Positions 19,906 through 30,968 of a stretch of 60,905 bases of DNA are shown piece after piece. Below the pieces are notes generated by a model that made no database searches, was not told where the DNA came from, and worked only from the letters and a program-made list of their open reading frames with translations. The translations under genes were made by a program, and so were the position numbers. The stretch is from contig JBMOLF010000017.1 of the NCBI GenBank assembly GCA_049325595.1, positions 1 through 60,905 on the forward strand, read 5' to 3'. Numbering within the stretch: position 1 is the stretch's first letter; each line of letters starts with the position of its first letter. Source of the DNA: Candidatus Babelota bacterium (GTDB lineage: Bacteria; Babelota; Babeliae; Babelales; Vermiphilaceae).

Positions 19906-20979
19906 ATGAATATTGCGTGGGATTCTCTTAAAAAAAGACATGAAGAACTTTCACATGAGTTAGCCCAACCCGGGTTGGATAGCTCTAAAAGACATGTTTT
20001 ACAAAAAGAATTTTCTCTACTCAATACGCTTTTACAAAAGCATCAGGAAATTGTTGATACAATGCAACAAATAGAACGATGCAAAACTCAAATGGCGCAA
20101 GAAAAAGATCCGGAAATGAATGAATTGTTTGAGCAAGAGCTTGCTGAGCTTGAGTTAAAACAAGTTGTTCAAGAACGTGAACTTGATGAGTTGCTTTATC
20201 CTGCCGATGAACGCGATGACCGCTCAGTTTTCTTAGAAATCAGAGCTGGTACCGGTGGGCAAGAAGCAGCTCTTTTTGCTGCCGACCTTCTTAAAATGTA
20301 TACCAATTATGCCTTGTCTAAGCGCTGGAAAGCGACTGTTGACAGCTCAAGCACCACCGATCTAGGGGGCTTGCGTGAGGTGATCTTGCATATTCAAGGC
20401 AAAGGGGTATACGGTCATTTAAAACATGAATCTGGTGTACATCGTGTGCAGCGAGTGCCTGCAACCGAAACGCAAGGTCGTGTACATACATCAACTGCTA
20501 CCGTAGCAGTGCTCCCTGAAGCAGAAGACGTTGATGTGACTATTAATCCTAACGATTTACGTATTGATGTATATCGTTCAAGCGGAGCGGGTGGTCAACA
20601 CGTAAATACGACCGACTCAGCGGTTCGTATTACCCATATTCCAACGGGTGTAGTAGTTGCCTGCCAAGATGAAAGATCACAACATAAAAATAAAGCAAAA
20701 GCAATGAAGCTTTTGCAATCACGTATTTTAGCTGCGCAACTTGAAAAGCAACATCAAGAATTAAGTAAGCAGCGTAAAGAACAAGTAGGCACCGGTGAGC
20801 GTGCTGAAAAAGTGCGTACCTATAACTTTCCACAAAATCGCGTGACAGATCACCAAGTTGATGTCACGCTAAAAAAATTAGATATGGTCATGGAAGGTGA
20901 TCTTGATGAAATTATTCAAGCATTACGTGCCAAAGATCGTGAAGGCCGTAAGAAAAATTTTTCATTAGCGACAAACTAA
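19906..20979 (+). CDS. prfA: Peptide chain release factor 1
   Basis: [16 protein letters not shown] (PxT), [17 protein letters not shown]. Confidence 0.97.
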   Translation: MNIAWDSLKKRHEELSHELAQPGLDSSKRHVLQKEFSLLNTLLQKHQEIVDTMQQIERCKTQMAQEKDPEMNELFEQELAELELKQVVQERELDELLYPADERDDRSVFLEIRAGTGGQEAALFAADLLKMYTNYALSKRWKATVDSSSTTDLGGLREVILHIQGKGVYGHLKHESGVHRVQRVPATETQGRVHTSTATVAVLPEAEDVDVTINPNDLRIDVYRSSGAGGQHVNTTDSAVRITHIPTGVVVACQDERSQHKNKAKAMKLLQSRILAAQLEKQHQELSKQRKEQVGTGERAEKVRTYNFPQNRVTDHQVDVTLKKLDMVMEGDLDEIIQALRAKDREGRKKNFSLATN

Positions 20980-21263
20980 AATAATTTTCTTTTCTCTTAT
21001 TTTTTTCTATTAATTTCACTTTTAGTGGGTCATCAAAAAAGTTATTTAGTGTGCGAAAAAAGTTTTTTGGTATATGCTAAAAATATTACGCATGGTGAAG
21101 CAAAACTATTTGTTAATCAATTATCGCATTACAATAAATTTTTTTTATTATCTGTCGCATCAATAGAAATTCTATTTGTTTTCATTTATTATTTCTTTTC
21201 AGTTTCGTAATTATCGCTATACTTAAACAAAGTTGTTTTAACCCATAATTTTTAAAGTAGCGT

Positions 21264-22535
21264 ATGTCCATTTTTGAGTATCTTATTCAATATAATCGAT
21301 TCATGAACATACTCGGCCTAGGGGTTATACTAGGTATAGCTAGTCTTGTGTCGAGTAATATAAAAAAAGTAAAATTGCGTATTATTGCCGTATCTTTTTT
21401 GTTGCAAGTAGCTATAGCATTGCTCATGCTCAAAACAAATATTGGCTATACGTTTCTTGATGGGTTATCGCGTGGTATTATCGCGTTATATGCGTGCGCT
21501 GATGTAGGTATTGTATTTTTGTTTGGGCAACTTGCTAATCCTACCGGGCCATGGCAATTTATTTTTGCAATAAAAGTGTTGCCAATTGTTATATTTTTTG
21601 GTGCCTTAACTGCTCTTTTATTTTATTTTGGTGTTATTCAAAAAATAGTTTCGTTTATTAATTTTCTTATTCGTCCATTACTTGGTACTTCTGGTGCAGA
21701 AACATTGTGTGCCATTGCCAATAGCTTTTTAGGACAAACTGAAGCGCCATTGGTAATACGTTCTTATTTAGCAGGAATGACAAAATCAGAATTATTTGTG
21801 GTAATGGTGAGTGGCATGGCTACCATTAGTGGTGCAATTTTAATGGTATATGCACAAATGGGGGTGCCGGCGGTTCATTTATTAACGGCAAGCATGATGG
21901 CAATTCCTTCATCAATTATGATTGCTAAAATTATGATTCCACAAGAAGATGAATCGATGCAAAATGTTGATCATGCACAAAAAAATGTGTACGGATCTTC
22001 AAACATTTTTGATGCAATATGGCGTGGTACTACTGATGGTATGGCAATGGGCTTTAATATTGCTGCTATGCTGATTTCATTTTTAGGTTTGTTAACGCTT
22101 ATTAATTTTGCACTTTCCTACATAGGTTATGGCATTAATACATTGCTTATATCGAATGCGATTAACTTCAGATTGCCTGAATTATCATTACAAACTATTT
22201 TTAGTTATCTTTTTGCTCCATTTGGTTATTTCTTTGGATTTACTGGCAATGAAGTGCTCCAAGCTGGGCAACTTTTAGGAACAAAGGTAGCGGTAAATGA
22301 AATGATTGCATACGGTGATTTAGTACGAATGAATTTATCTGAACGTTCCCATGCTATTCTTACCTATGCGTTATGTGGCTTTTCTAATTTTTCTTGCATT
22401 GGTATACAAATTGGTGGCATTGGTGCATTGGTACCAGAAAAGCGTAGCTGGCTGAGTGAACTTGGGTTGCGCGCTGTTCTTGGAGCCGCACTTGCTAACA
22501 TTGTTTCTGCATTAATTATTGCATTTCTTATTTAA
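21264..22535 (+). CDS. nupC: Concentrative nucleoside transporter (NupC/CNT family)
   Basis: Multi-TM; FLGQTEAPL, GMATISG, GTKVAVNE, ALCGFSNF. Confidence 0.93.
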   Translation: MSIFEYLIQYNRFMNILGLGVILGIASLVSSNIKKVKLRIIAVSFLLQVAIALLMLKTNIGYTFLDGLSRGIIALYACADVGIVFLFGQLANPTGPWQFIFAIKVLPIVIFFGALTALLFYFGVIQKIVSFINFLIRPLLGTSGAETLCAIANSFLGQTEAPLVIRSYLAGMTKSELFVVMVSGMATISGAILMVYAQMGVPAVHLLTASMMAIPSSIMIAKIMIPQEDESMQNVDHAQKNVYGSSNIFDAIWRGTTDGMAMGFNIAAMLISFLGLLTLINFALSYIGYGINTLLISNAINFRLPELSLQTIFSYLFAPFGYFFGFTGNEVLQAGQLLGTKVAVNEMIAYGDLVRMNLSERSHAILTYALCGFSNFSCIGIQIGGIGALVPEKRSWLSELGLRAVLGAALANIVSALIIAFLI

Positions 22536-22558
22536 TTTATTTTTTTAGGGTTTTCTTT

Positions 22559-22819
22559 ATGAAAAAGTTATTATTATTTTTTGTTTTTTTAATTAAATCA
22601 TTTACTATGCAGGCTTGTTTAAGGAATGAAGATTTTTGGGATAATAATAGTACTAACTATAAAAAAAACTTGTATCCGGTATTAAGAGCCGCTGAAGAAA
22701 ATAATGCACTAGCACATTATGTTGAGTGGCCCTATAATTCTGTTCCAGAAGTAAAGGAAACATCTCCGGCAGTACAACCATGTCCCTATAAAAATCCTTT
22801 AAAAGTAAGCGCTGACTAA
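22559..22819 (+). CDS. Small secreted hypothetical protein
   Basis: MKKLLLFFVFLI signal-like start, 86 aa. Confidence 0.55.
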   Translation: MKKLLLFFVFLIKSFTMQACLRNEDFWDNNSTNYKKNLYPVLRAAEENNALAHYVEWPYNSVPEVKETSPAVQPCPYKNPLKVSAD

Positions 22820-22862
22820 AACTTATTGCAAAAATAAATGGAGCCTGTTTTATCAGTTTTGA

Positions 22863-22903
22863 AAATGGTGTATTATCAACAGGTTATTAATAATACACCA
22901 TTT
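22863..22903 (+). promoter_or_regulatory. 14-bp perfect inverted repeat just upstream of pyrG
   Basis: AAATGGTGTATTAT (22863-22876) / ATAATACACCATTT (22890-22903). Confidence 0.55.
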
Positions 22904-22920
22904 GTATATAAGGTTAGTAA

Positions 22921-24657
22921 ATGAAAACAAAATTTATCGTGGTTGCTGGTGGCGTAATTTCAGGGGTGGGTAAAGGTGTTACTACTGCATCGCTTGGAAA
23001 AATTTTACAAAAATATGGTTACAAAGTTACCCTCATAAAAATTGATCCTTATATTAATTACGACGCTGGTACCCTACGACCAACTGAACATGGTGAAGTA
23101 TGGGTTACCCATGATGGTGGTGAAATTGATCAAGATTTAGGAACATACGAGCGCTTTATCAATGCCGATATATCAAAGACTAACAATATAACCACTGGAC
23201 AGATTTACAAAACAGTTATTGATCGTGAAAGAGCTGGTCATTATCTGGGGCAAACCGTACAATTTGTTCCCCATATTTTAGATGAAATCAAACAACGAAT
23301 TTTAGTAGCATCGCAAGGCTACGATTTTGCCATTGTAGAATTAGGTGGCACCGTAGGGGATTATGAAAATACTCCTTTTTTATTTGCGCTCAAATCACTT
23401 GAACGTGAAATTGGTTCAGAGCATATGGCTTACTGCCTTGTTACCTATTTACCAGTTCCCGATCATGCACCTGAAATGAAAACGAAACCTACTCAACAAG
23501 CTATTCGTTTGCTTGGGCAAGAAGGTATTTTACCAGACTTTATTATTTGTCGTGCTAAATATGCCTTAGACGAAGCACGTAAAAAGAAAATTGAAAGTTC
23601 TGCTTATGTTTCTTCAGATAATGTAATTTGTGCGCCCGATATAGAAACTGTTTATGAAATGCCGTTATATTTTGAGCAAGAGAAATTGGGACTCAAAATA
23701 CTCAATCATTTTAAAATGACTCCCCTGCAAAATCCTGATTGGACTCGCTGGACTGAGCTGGTTAATGCTATTAAGCATCCTAATGGCACGGTAAACATTG
23801 CAATTATTGGTAAATATCTTGAAAGTGGCGATTATAATTTAACTGATAGTTATCTAAGCATTTATCAAGCATTAGTGCACGCAGCTGCTCATCAAAATAT
23901 TGGTTTTAAAATTGATTGGATCAATGCGCAAGATTTTGAAAAAAATAAAGAAGCAGTTGCCTGTCTTTCAAAATATGATGGCATTATTATTCCTGGCGGC
24001 TTTGGCAATGCGGGTGTTGAAGGTAAAATTGCTGCCATCGAATATGCGCGTGTCAACCAAATACCCCTTTTAGGGTTATGCTATGGATTACAATTAGCCG
24101 TGGTTGAATATGCGCGTAATGTAGCTGGTTTAACTGATGCACATACTACGGAAGTAAATCCTACTACGCCATATCCTGTTGTTACCTTACTTGAAATGCA
24201 ACGTAAGGTTATGGATGAACGTTCATTTGGTGGTACCATGAGACTTGGTGATTATCAAGCAATAATTAATCCATCAAGTCATGTTGCACAGTTATATAAT
24301 GCGCATGAACAACTTCATCAAGATGAACAAGGTAATTATTTAGTACATGAGCGTCATCGCCATCGCTATGAAGTAAATCCACAATACACACAACAATTGC
24401 AGCAAGCAGGATTACATTTTTCTGGTTACTATGTTCGGGAAGATAATACTATGCTCATGGAATTTATAGAGTTGCTAGAGCATCCCTTTTTTATTGCAAC
24501 GCAAGCGCATCCTGAATTTAAGAGTAGATTGGAACAAGCTCATCCTTTATTTCAAGGCTTTGTTGAGGCGTGTCGCCATCAAGCATTACTCAGCATAGCT
24601 GATAATGTTTGTGATGTGTTCGTTTCGCATGCTGCCGAACAAGAGATAGTAATATAG
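22921..24657 (+). CDS. pyrG: CTP synthase
   Basis: GGVISGVGKG, KIDPYIN, KTKPTQ, GLCYG, ERHRHRYE, QAHPEF. Confidence 0.97.
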   Translation: MKTKFIVVAGGVISGVGKGVTTASLGKILQKYGYKVTLIKIDPYINYDAGTLRPTEHGEVWVTHDGGEIDQDLGTYERFINADISKTNNITTGQIYKTVIDRERAGHYLGQTVQFVPHILDEIKQRILVASQGYDFAIVELGGTVGDYENTPFLFALKSLEREIGSEHMAYCLVTYLPVPDHAPEMKTKPTQQAIRLLGQEGILPDFIICRAKYALDEARKKKIESSAYVSSDNVICAPDIETVYEMPLYFEQEKLGLKILNHFKMTPLQNPDWTRWTELVNAIKHPNGTVNIAIIGKYLESGDYNLTDSYLSIYQALVHAAAHQNIGFKIDWINAQDFEKNKEAVACLSKYDGIIIPGGFGNAGVEGKIAAIEYARVNQIPLLGLCYGLQLAVVEYARNVAGLTDAHTTEVNPTTPYPVVTLLEMQRKVMDERSFGGTMRLGDYQAIINPSSHVAQLYNAHEQLHQDEQGNYLVHERHRHRYEVNPQYTQQLQQAGLHFSGYYVREDNTMLMEFIELLEHPFFIATQAHPEFKSRLEQAHPLFQGFVEACRHQALLSIADNVCDVFVSHAAEQEIVI

Positions 24658-24668
24658 TAAACTAACGT

Positions 24669-24715
24669 AGCAATAAAAAAAGCACCATTTTTATAATGGT
24701 GCTTTTTTTATTGCT
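24669..24715. terminator. Bidirectional intrinsic terminator
   Basis: AGCAATAAAAAAAGCACCATT / AATGGTGCTTTTTTTATTGCT between convergent genes. Confidence 0.85.
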
Positions 24716-24733
24716 GTTCTTTTTAAATATAAA

Positions 24734-25258
24734 TTAGTTTGAATCTTGCTGTGTTGATGCAGCAGGTGTAGTTACAGGAGTAGCTGCAGCGGCCACTGCT
24801 TTAGATGGATCTTCAAATGTGCAATAGAAAGCTTGGCAGGTTTTCATAATATAGCTTCTATTTTTCATTAATATGCCACCGGCAAGAATAATAGGCAAAA
24901 TAGTTTTGTTAAGATATTTGAGAACCCACGCAAGACCAGTTGCATCTACTTTTTCATATATAACTTCACCGGTTTGTAAATTTACTCTCACCATTTTTTC
25001 ATCTTTACCAAAATCACCTAATATTCTGCATACAATATTTTTAACTTGTTTTGTACAAGAATCGCCATTTTTTAACGGTTCATAGGCGCCCGGCTTTTTA
25101 AATTTATAATATGCTGCAAGTGATGAAATTAAAACACCAGTTATTATCCAGCGAGCTGGTTTAATTTTTTCCACCTTTGGTATAAATGGTGCTGCGGTAC
25201 AAAGTGGTTGAAGAGCAATGGTGCACAATAAACCAGTTAACAAATATTTTTTGTTCAT
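24734..25258 (-). CDS. Hypothetical exported/membrane protein
   Basis: AAGGGG RBS, signal peptide, two hydrophobic segments, Ala/Thr/Pro-rich tail. Confidence 0.7.
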   Translation of the reverse strand: MNKKYLLTGLLCTIALQPLCTAAPFIPKVEKIKPARWIITGVLISSLAAYYKFKKPGAYEPLKNGDSCTKQVKNIVCRILGDFGKDEKMVRVNLQTGEVIYEKVDATGLAWVLKYLNKTILPIILAGGILMKNRSYIMKTCQAFYCTFEDPSKAVAAAATPVTTPAASTQQDSN

Positions 25259-25491
25259 AAGAACCCCTTTTATAAGTAGTTAAAACGAGATGTGGAGTTA
25301 GAATACCCAGAGTAATACGGCATGTCAAAGAATATTTATTCAAAAAATAGAAGTAAATTATGATTAATAATTTTGCATTAACTATTTTTTAATAGAAACA
25401 AAGAGCAATAAATGTTTTAAGCTAATTCCTTTGAATTCTGTTTAAAAAATGTTATGAAAGGAAGATATTTTTTACTCATTTATAAAAAGAG

Positions 25492-26604
25492 GTGAAAATG
25501 AAATATTGGTTATTAATCGGATTTATATATTTAATGATTAATAATGAAATAAAAACAATGGAGATTGAAAAAAGAACCGCCAATAAAAATGAATCTATTT
25601 TTGTAAAATCTGGTGGTTTTTTACATACGCCATGGCGAGATAATTATGCGCTTAATAACACAGTAATTCCTACAAAAAAAGAAGATGCAACGGCGGATGA
25701 ATGCAATTTTTGTAAAGAGCTAAAATCAAATGAAGATGATAAATATTATATAATAGAACGACATGAACACAATTATGTTTCATTAGCTCATTTTCCTTAT
25801 ACTGCCAATGGGCATGTATTAATTTTACCAAAAAATCATGTGCGCTCGTTAGATTTAATGTCCAGCGAAGCTCGTGGGGAAATGATAGAAATAATTACTG
25901 ATGTATGCAATAAATATAAAAAAAATCATTATGATCTCTCAGTTGGTTTTAATATAGGTAAAAGTGCCGGTGCAGGTATTCCATCTCATCTACATGGTCA
26001 TATTGTTCCCTATTTACCCAAAGAAGATACCAATATTATTGATTCGGTGCAGCATGAAGATGAAAAAAGGTTAGATCTTAGCTATATATACCACCATACA
26101 AAAAAACTATTATCTTCGCCTCATATCATAAATAATACTGGTTTGATAACTCATTCTAATCTGCATTGTCATTTTTGCTCCGATGTTAATGCTACTAATG
26201 ATGAAGAAAATTTTGTAATCAAAAGATATAAAAATCATTTGATTACATTAGCCCGACAGCCGTATACGCTGGGTCATATAATGATATCTCCTATCAAACA
26301 TACAAATGATTTAAGCACTATGTCTCAAGAAAGTCGTTTAGAGCTAATAGAATTGGCGGCTGCTAGTTGTGGTATTTTAAAAAATTGTATGAATGTAACT
26401 GATTTTAATGTTGGATTTAATATGAGCAAAAATCCAGCAGTTGGATTTTCGGACCATTTAAATATACAGGTTATGCCACGCTGGAATGGTGATACAAGTT
26501 TTATTGAAACTATAGGTGGGTTGAAGGTTGTATCTGCGCGTTTAAAAAAAATGTATAAGGACTTTAAGAAAGAGTTTGAGCAGATCGAAATTAAAAATGT
26601 ATAA
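25492..26604 (+). CDS. Tandem double HIT-domain protein (FHIT/Ap4A phosphorylase-like) with signal-like N-terminus
   Basis: Domain 1 TPWR..CNFC..HLHGH; domain 2 CHFC..HLNIQ..PRWNGD. Confidence 0.85.
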   Translation: MKMKYWLLIGFIYLMINNEIKTMEIEKRTANKNESIFVKSGGFLHTPWRDNYALNNTVIPTKKEDATADECNFCKELKSNEDDKYYIIERHEHNYVSLAHFPYTANGHVLILPKNHVRSLDLMSSEARGEMIEIITDVCNKYKKNHYDLSVGFNIGKSAGAGIPSHLHGHIVPYLPKEDTNIIDSVQHEDEKRLDLSYIYHHTKKLLSSPHIINNTGLITHSNLHCHFCSDVNATNDEENFVIKRYKNHLITLARQPYTLGHIMISPIKHTNDLSTMSQESRLELIELAAASCGILKNCMNVTDFNVGFNMSKNPAVGFSDHLNIQVMPRWNGDTSFIETIGGLKVVSARLKKMYKDFKKEFEQIEIKNV

Positions 26605-26650
26605 GAAATAAAGAAAAAACGTTTTATTATAGTCACAAGGAGAAGATAAT

Positions 26651-27376
26651 ATGTTTTTTAAAAAAATGTTTTTTATTGCGCTAATTAATTTTTCTTTATC
26701 TTTATTTGCAATGTACGAGTATGCACATTTTGATAAAGTTTTAAATCATCTTGATGGTGATAAATCTACTTGGCTTGTGGTAGATGTAGATAATACTATT
26801 ATTGAACCAACCGATGAGCAAATGGGAAGTCATCAGTGGTTTTGGGCCTATCATAATGATCTTGTTGAAAATCATAATTGCACCAAAGAAGAGGCACTTC
26901 AACAGACGATGGCTCAATTTATTGAGCGACAGCTTAATAATTCTGTAAAAGCAGTAGAAATAACTACAGCAGATACAATAAAAAAAATTCAAGCAATAGG
27001 TATTCCAGTAATTGGACTTACTAATCGTCCTGCACCATTAGTGCAAAGAACCCGCGAGCAATTATTATCCGCTAATATTGATTTAACCAAAAACCTTGAA
27101 AATATCATTGATTTTGAATTTGATGTTAATGGTAAGACCCATATTTATTCACAAGGCGTTATTTTTACGCAACAATCTCATAAAGGAAATGGATTAACTA
27201 AGTTTATACAATCTGTTCCACTAAAAAAACCTGAGCGTATTGTATATGAAGATGATCATGGCGAAAATGTCAAAGCTGTGTATGAAACTCTTAACCAGGA
27301 ATATCCATCATTAGAAAAAATAGCAATTCGTTATTCATATCTTGATCAAAAGCTTAAAAATTTTAAATTACGTTAA
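26651..27376 (+). CDS. DUF2608-like HAD-fold secreted protein
   Basis: VVDVDNTII, GLTNR, GVIFT...KG, VYEDD; signal peptide. Confidence 0.75.
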   Translation: MFFKKMFFIALINFSLSLFAMYEYAHFDKVLNHLDGDKSTWLVVDVDNTIIEPTDEQMGSHQWFWAYHNDLVENHNCTKEEALQQTMAQFIERQLNNSVKAVEITTADTIKKIQAIGIPVIGLTNRPAPLVQRTREQLLSANIDLTKNLENIIDFEFDVNGKTHIYSQGVIFTQQSHKGNGLTKFIQSVPLKKPERIVYEDDHGENVKAVYETLNQEYPSLEKIAIRYSYLDQKLKNFKLR

Positions 27377-27387
27377 ATAAACAGTTC

Positions 27388-27438
27388 TTAGTAAAATTAA
27401 AAATCCCTCTATTACGGAGGGATTTTTAATTTTACTAA
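27388..27438 (+). terminator. Intrinsic terminator
   Basis: TTAGTAAAATTAAAAATCCCTC / GAGGGATTTTTAATTTTACTAA. Confidence 0.85.
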
Positions 27439-27611
27439 TTATCTTTGATCGTTCAGATATAAAATTTCGTTACAAAATAGCCATTTTTTTAATGTTAAGA
27501 CTTCAAATTTGCCTAAATCTTTCTATTTGAAAAATGTTGGAAATTTTATTTTTATTGATAGACTGTGAGTCGGTAATTTTTGTGCCACAATAAAAAATAA
27601 AAGGTGTTTTA

Positions 27612-27947
27612 ATGAAAAAACAATACGCTAAGGTTTTTCTTTTTGGATTTGTATTACTATCTTCTTCTAAAAATTTTACCATGGATGCTCTTGAAGATCC
27701 GCGAGATTTAATAAATTTTTTTGAAGAGCGACAAGAATATTTGCATCAAATTTCAGATCAATCATCAAATAAAGAAACAATTCAATTTAATGAATATAGT
27801 AGCGATGACAATCAAAATGACTCAGAGGATTTGAATGAAAATCAAACACCGCAAGTAATTTCTAAAATGAGTTCTTTCGCTCATAGTTTTTGTGCGTTAT
27901 ATGCTGGTTTGGTCTTAGCAATTTTTTATCATCAATTATCTAATTAG
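27612..27947 (+). CDS. Small acidic exported protein with C-terminal hydrophobic segment
   Basis: AAGG RBS, signal peptide, acidic core, C-terminal TM. Confidence 0.6.
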   Translation: MKKQYAKVFLFGFVLLSSSKNFTMDALEDPRDLINFFEERQEYLHQISDQSSNKETIQFNEYSSDDNQNDSEDLNENQTPQVISKMSSFAHSFCALYAGLVLAIFYHQLSN

Positions 27948-28053
27948 GCATATTACTAGGACAATAAGAAATAAAAATATCGAAAAAAAATTAGTTGTTT
28001 AGTAGTTTAACTGGATACGAAACAAGTGCAGAATATTTTAAAAAAGGAGAAAT

Positions 28054-28584
28054 ATGAAAAAATTATGCACCTTTTTTATATGTGCATTAGTTTTACCGCT
28101 ATCATTTTTCGGCATTAAAGGAGCGCCATTGAAGTTATATGTCATAAATGAGCAATTTAAAAATAACGATCCTATTCCTGCAGAATTTAGCTGCGATGGT
28201 AATGATAGTTCGCCACGCGTGTGGTGGGAAAATATTCCACAATCTACTAAAAGCTTAGCATTAATTTGTGATGATCCTGATGCACCAGGTGGTACATGGG
28301 ATCATTGGATTGTTTTTAATATTCCTTCTCAGGTAACTGCAATTGAGAAAAATGCTTCTGCACAAGATATTCCTGCAATTTATGGTACTAACAGCTGGGG
28401 AAAAAATAAATATGGAGGACCATGTCCGCCATCTGGTATTCATCGCTATTATTTTACGCTTTATGCACTCGATACAGAACTTTCATTAACGGCAAAAGCT
28501 ACAAAAAAAGATATACTAAAAGCCATGAATGGTCATATTATCGAACGTGCACAAATTATGGGCACTTATCAGCGTAAGAAGTAG
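28054..28584 (+). CDS. YbhB/YbcL (PEBP/RKIP-like) protein
   Basis: DDPDAP, HWIVFNIP, YGGPCPPSGIHRYYFTLYALD. Confidence 0.93.
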   Translation: MKKLCTFFICALVLPLSFFGIKGAPLKLYVINEQFKNNDPIPAEFSCDGNDSSPRVWWENIPQSTKSLALICDDPDAPGGTWDHWIVFNIPSQVTAIEKNASAQDIPAIYGTNSWGKNKYGGPCPPSGIHRYYFTLYALDTELSLTAKATKKDILKAMNGHIIERAQIMGTYQRKK

Positions 28585-28586
28585 AT

Positions 28587-30968
28587 ATGAAATATATAAA
28601 GCGGTTTGATGAATTAGGGTTAAAAGATGTGGGCATAGTTGGTGGCAAAAATGCATCGCTTGGCCAGATGATTGTTGATTTAGCACAACAAGGTATTAAA
28701 GTTCCTATGGGATTTGCAATAACGGCTGCTGCCTATCGTTATTTTTTAACCTACAATAATCTTATTGAACCGCTTAAAGAAATTCGTAAGAAAATAATTG
28801 TTACTGATCACCAATCGTTAAGTACTGGTGCAACTCAATTGCGTGAGTTAATCAAGCAAGGTAATTATCCGATAGATTTACAGCACGAAATTGAACAAGC
28901 TTATAAGGATTTGTCTGCTTATTACAAACAAAAAGAATGTGATGTTGCCGTGAGATCATCTGCGACCGCTGAAGATCTTCCCGGTGCTTCATTTGCAGGT
29001 CAACAAGAAACATATTTGCATATTCGCACCATAACAAGCGTTCTTGATGCTATAAAAAAATGTTTTGCTTCGTTATTTACTGAACGCGCGATCGTATATC
29101 GCGCTGAAAAAGGATTTGATGATTTTGATGTTGCTATTTCTGTAGGTATACAAAAAATGATACGGTCTGATTTGGCTTGTTCTGGGGTAGCCTTTTCACT
29201 TGATACGGAATCGGGATTTAAAGATGCAGTTATAATTAATGCAGCATATGGATTAGGTGAGGCTATTGTGCAAGGTCACGTAACACCTGATGAGTTTGTA
29301 GTATTTAAAAAAACTCTTCATAATCATTATAGGCCTATACTCAAAAAAAATCTTGGCCAAAAAAGTATAAAACTTGTGTACGGTAAAGAAGGCGAGTTAA
29401 TTAAAGAACAGGTACCAGTAGATTTAGAAAATAGCTTTAGCCTTACTGATGATGAGATCCTGGAACTTGCTCGTTATGTGGTTTTAATTGAGGAACATTA
29501 TTCTCGGTTAGAAAATCGATGGGTTCCCATGGATATAGAGTGGGCAAAGGATGGCGTTGATAATCAAATTTATATTATTCAGGCAAGACCAGAGACCGTA
29601 CATGCTCAAGAACAACAGGCAAATGGATTTATTCGTTATAGTTTATCAGCGCAAATAAATCCTTCTATTTTAGTAACCGGCCAAAGCATTGGTCAAAAAA
29701 TTGCTTCTGGCAAAGCTAAAATCGTAAGCAATGTTGATGAAATTGGCAAAGTGGAATCTGGTGATATTATAGTAACGCAAATGACAGATCCTGATTGGCT
29801 CCCCGCTCTAAAAAAGGCAGCTGGTATTATTACCGATAAGGGTGGCAGAACATGTCATGCGGCCATCGTTGCGCGTGAACTTGGTATTCCGGCAATTGTA
29901 GGAACAGGTAATGCAACGCAGGTTATACCAAATGAAGAATTAATAACTATTGATTGCTCACAAGGTATGGTCGGTATGGTTTATCATGGGTCATTACCTT
30001 TTAACAAAGAGCATGTTTCACTTAAAAATTTGCCTAAACTAAATACTAAATTGATGATTAATCTTGCTGATCCTGACCGCGCGTTTTCTTATTCATCTTT
30101 ACCAGTAGAAGGGGTTGGGCTGGCCCGGATTGAGTTTATTATAAATACGGCAATAAAAATACATCCTATGGCATTGATTGCGCCTGGGCGAGTTACTGAT
30201 AAAAAAGTGCACCATGAAATAGAACAACTAACGGCTGCATATCCGGATAAACAAGATTATTTTGTCGATAAGTTGGCTCAAGGCGTGGGTATGATTGCCG
30301 CTGCTTTTTATCCCAAACCAGTTATTGTGCGGTTTTCAGACTTTAAAAGTAATGAGTATAAAAATTTAATTGGGGGATCTTTTTTTGAACCTGAAGAAGA
30401 AAATCCTATGATAGGGTTTAGAGGGGCATCGCGCTATTATCATCCAGAGTACGAACCCGCTTTTAAATTAGAATGTGCGGCTATAAAAAAAGCACGAGAA
30501 GAAATGGGTCTTACCAACATCAAAGTAATGGTTCCATTTGTTCGCACGGTATCTGAAGCAGAAAAAGTTATAAAGCTTTTAGAAGAACAGGAATTATTAA
30601 AAGATAATGGTCTTGCTGTTATCATGATGTGTGAAGTGCCTTCGAACGTTATTCTTATTGATAAATTTAGCCAATATTTTGACGGATTTTCAATTGGATC
30701 GAATGATCTCACTCAACTTACCTTGGGTATCGATCGCGACTCAGCGCTCTTAAGTGATGTGTTTGATGAGCGTGATTCGGCCGTTATGAAAATGATTGAA
30801 CTGGCATTGCAAGGTGCACAAAAAAATGATCGTCCTATAGGTATTTGTGGCCAAGCACCATCAGATTACCCAGAAATTGCTCATTGGCTTTTGGCAAAAG
30901 GCATTGATTCAATATCATTAAATCCTGATACGGTGATTCCATTTTTACAAAGTTTTACTGAAAAATAG
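28587..30968 (+). CDS. ppsA: Phosphoenolpyruvate synthase
   Basis: VGGKNASLG, AVRSSATAED, QARPET, GGRTCHAAI, SIGSNDLTQ, GICGQ. Confidence 0.97.
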   Translation: MKYIKRFDELGLKDVGIVGGKNASLGQMIVDLAQQGIKVPMGFAITAAAYRYFLTYNNLIEPLKEIRKKIIVTDHQSLSTGATQLRELIKQGNYPIDLQHEIEQAYKDLSAYYKQKECDVAVRSSATAEDLPGASFAGQQETYLHIRTITSVLDAIKKCFASLFTERAIVYRAEKGFDDFDVAISVGIQKMIRSDLACSGVAFSLDTESGFKDAVIINAAYGLGEAIVQGHVTPDEFVVFKKTLHNHYRPILKKNLGQKSIKLVYGKEGELIKEQVPVDLENSFSLTDDEILELARYVVLIEEHYSRLENRWVPMDIEWAKDGVDNQIYIIQARPETVHAQEQQANGFIRYSLSAQINPSILVTGQSIGQKIASGKAKIVSNVDEIGKVESGDIIVTQMTDPDWLPALKKAAGIITDKGGRTCHAAIVARELGIPAIVGTGNATQVIPNEELITIDCSQGMVGMVYHGSLPFNKEHVSLKNLPKLNTKLMINLADPDRAFSYSSLPVEGVGLARIEFIINTAIKIHPMALIAPGRVTDKKVHHEIEQLTAAYPDKQDYFVDKLAQGVGMIAAAFYPKPVIVRFSDFKSNEYKNLIGGSFFEPEEENPMIGFRGASRYYHPEYEPAFKLECAAIKKAREEMGLTNIKVMVPFVRTVSEAEKVIKLLEEQELLKDNGLAVIMMCEVPSNVILIDKFSQYFDGFSIGSNDLTQLTLGIDRDSALLSDVFDERDSAVMKMIELALQGAQKNDRPIGICGQAPSDYPEIAHWLLAKGIDSISLNPDTVIPFLQSFTEK

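Noticed and set aside
20980..21263. Purine riboswitch upstream of nupC, and the 61-aa ORF here
   Set aside because: Riboswitch consensus is absent; the region is low-complexity AT-rich and the ORF has no support.
22559..22819. Sel1-like fragment (LRAAEENNALAHY)
   Set aside because: A single partial match, insufficient to call.
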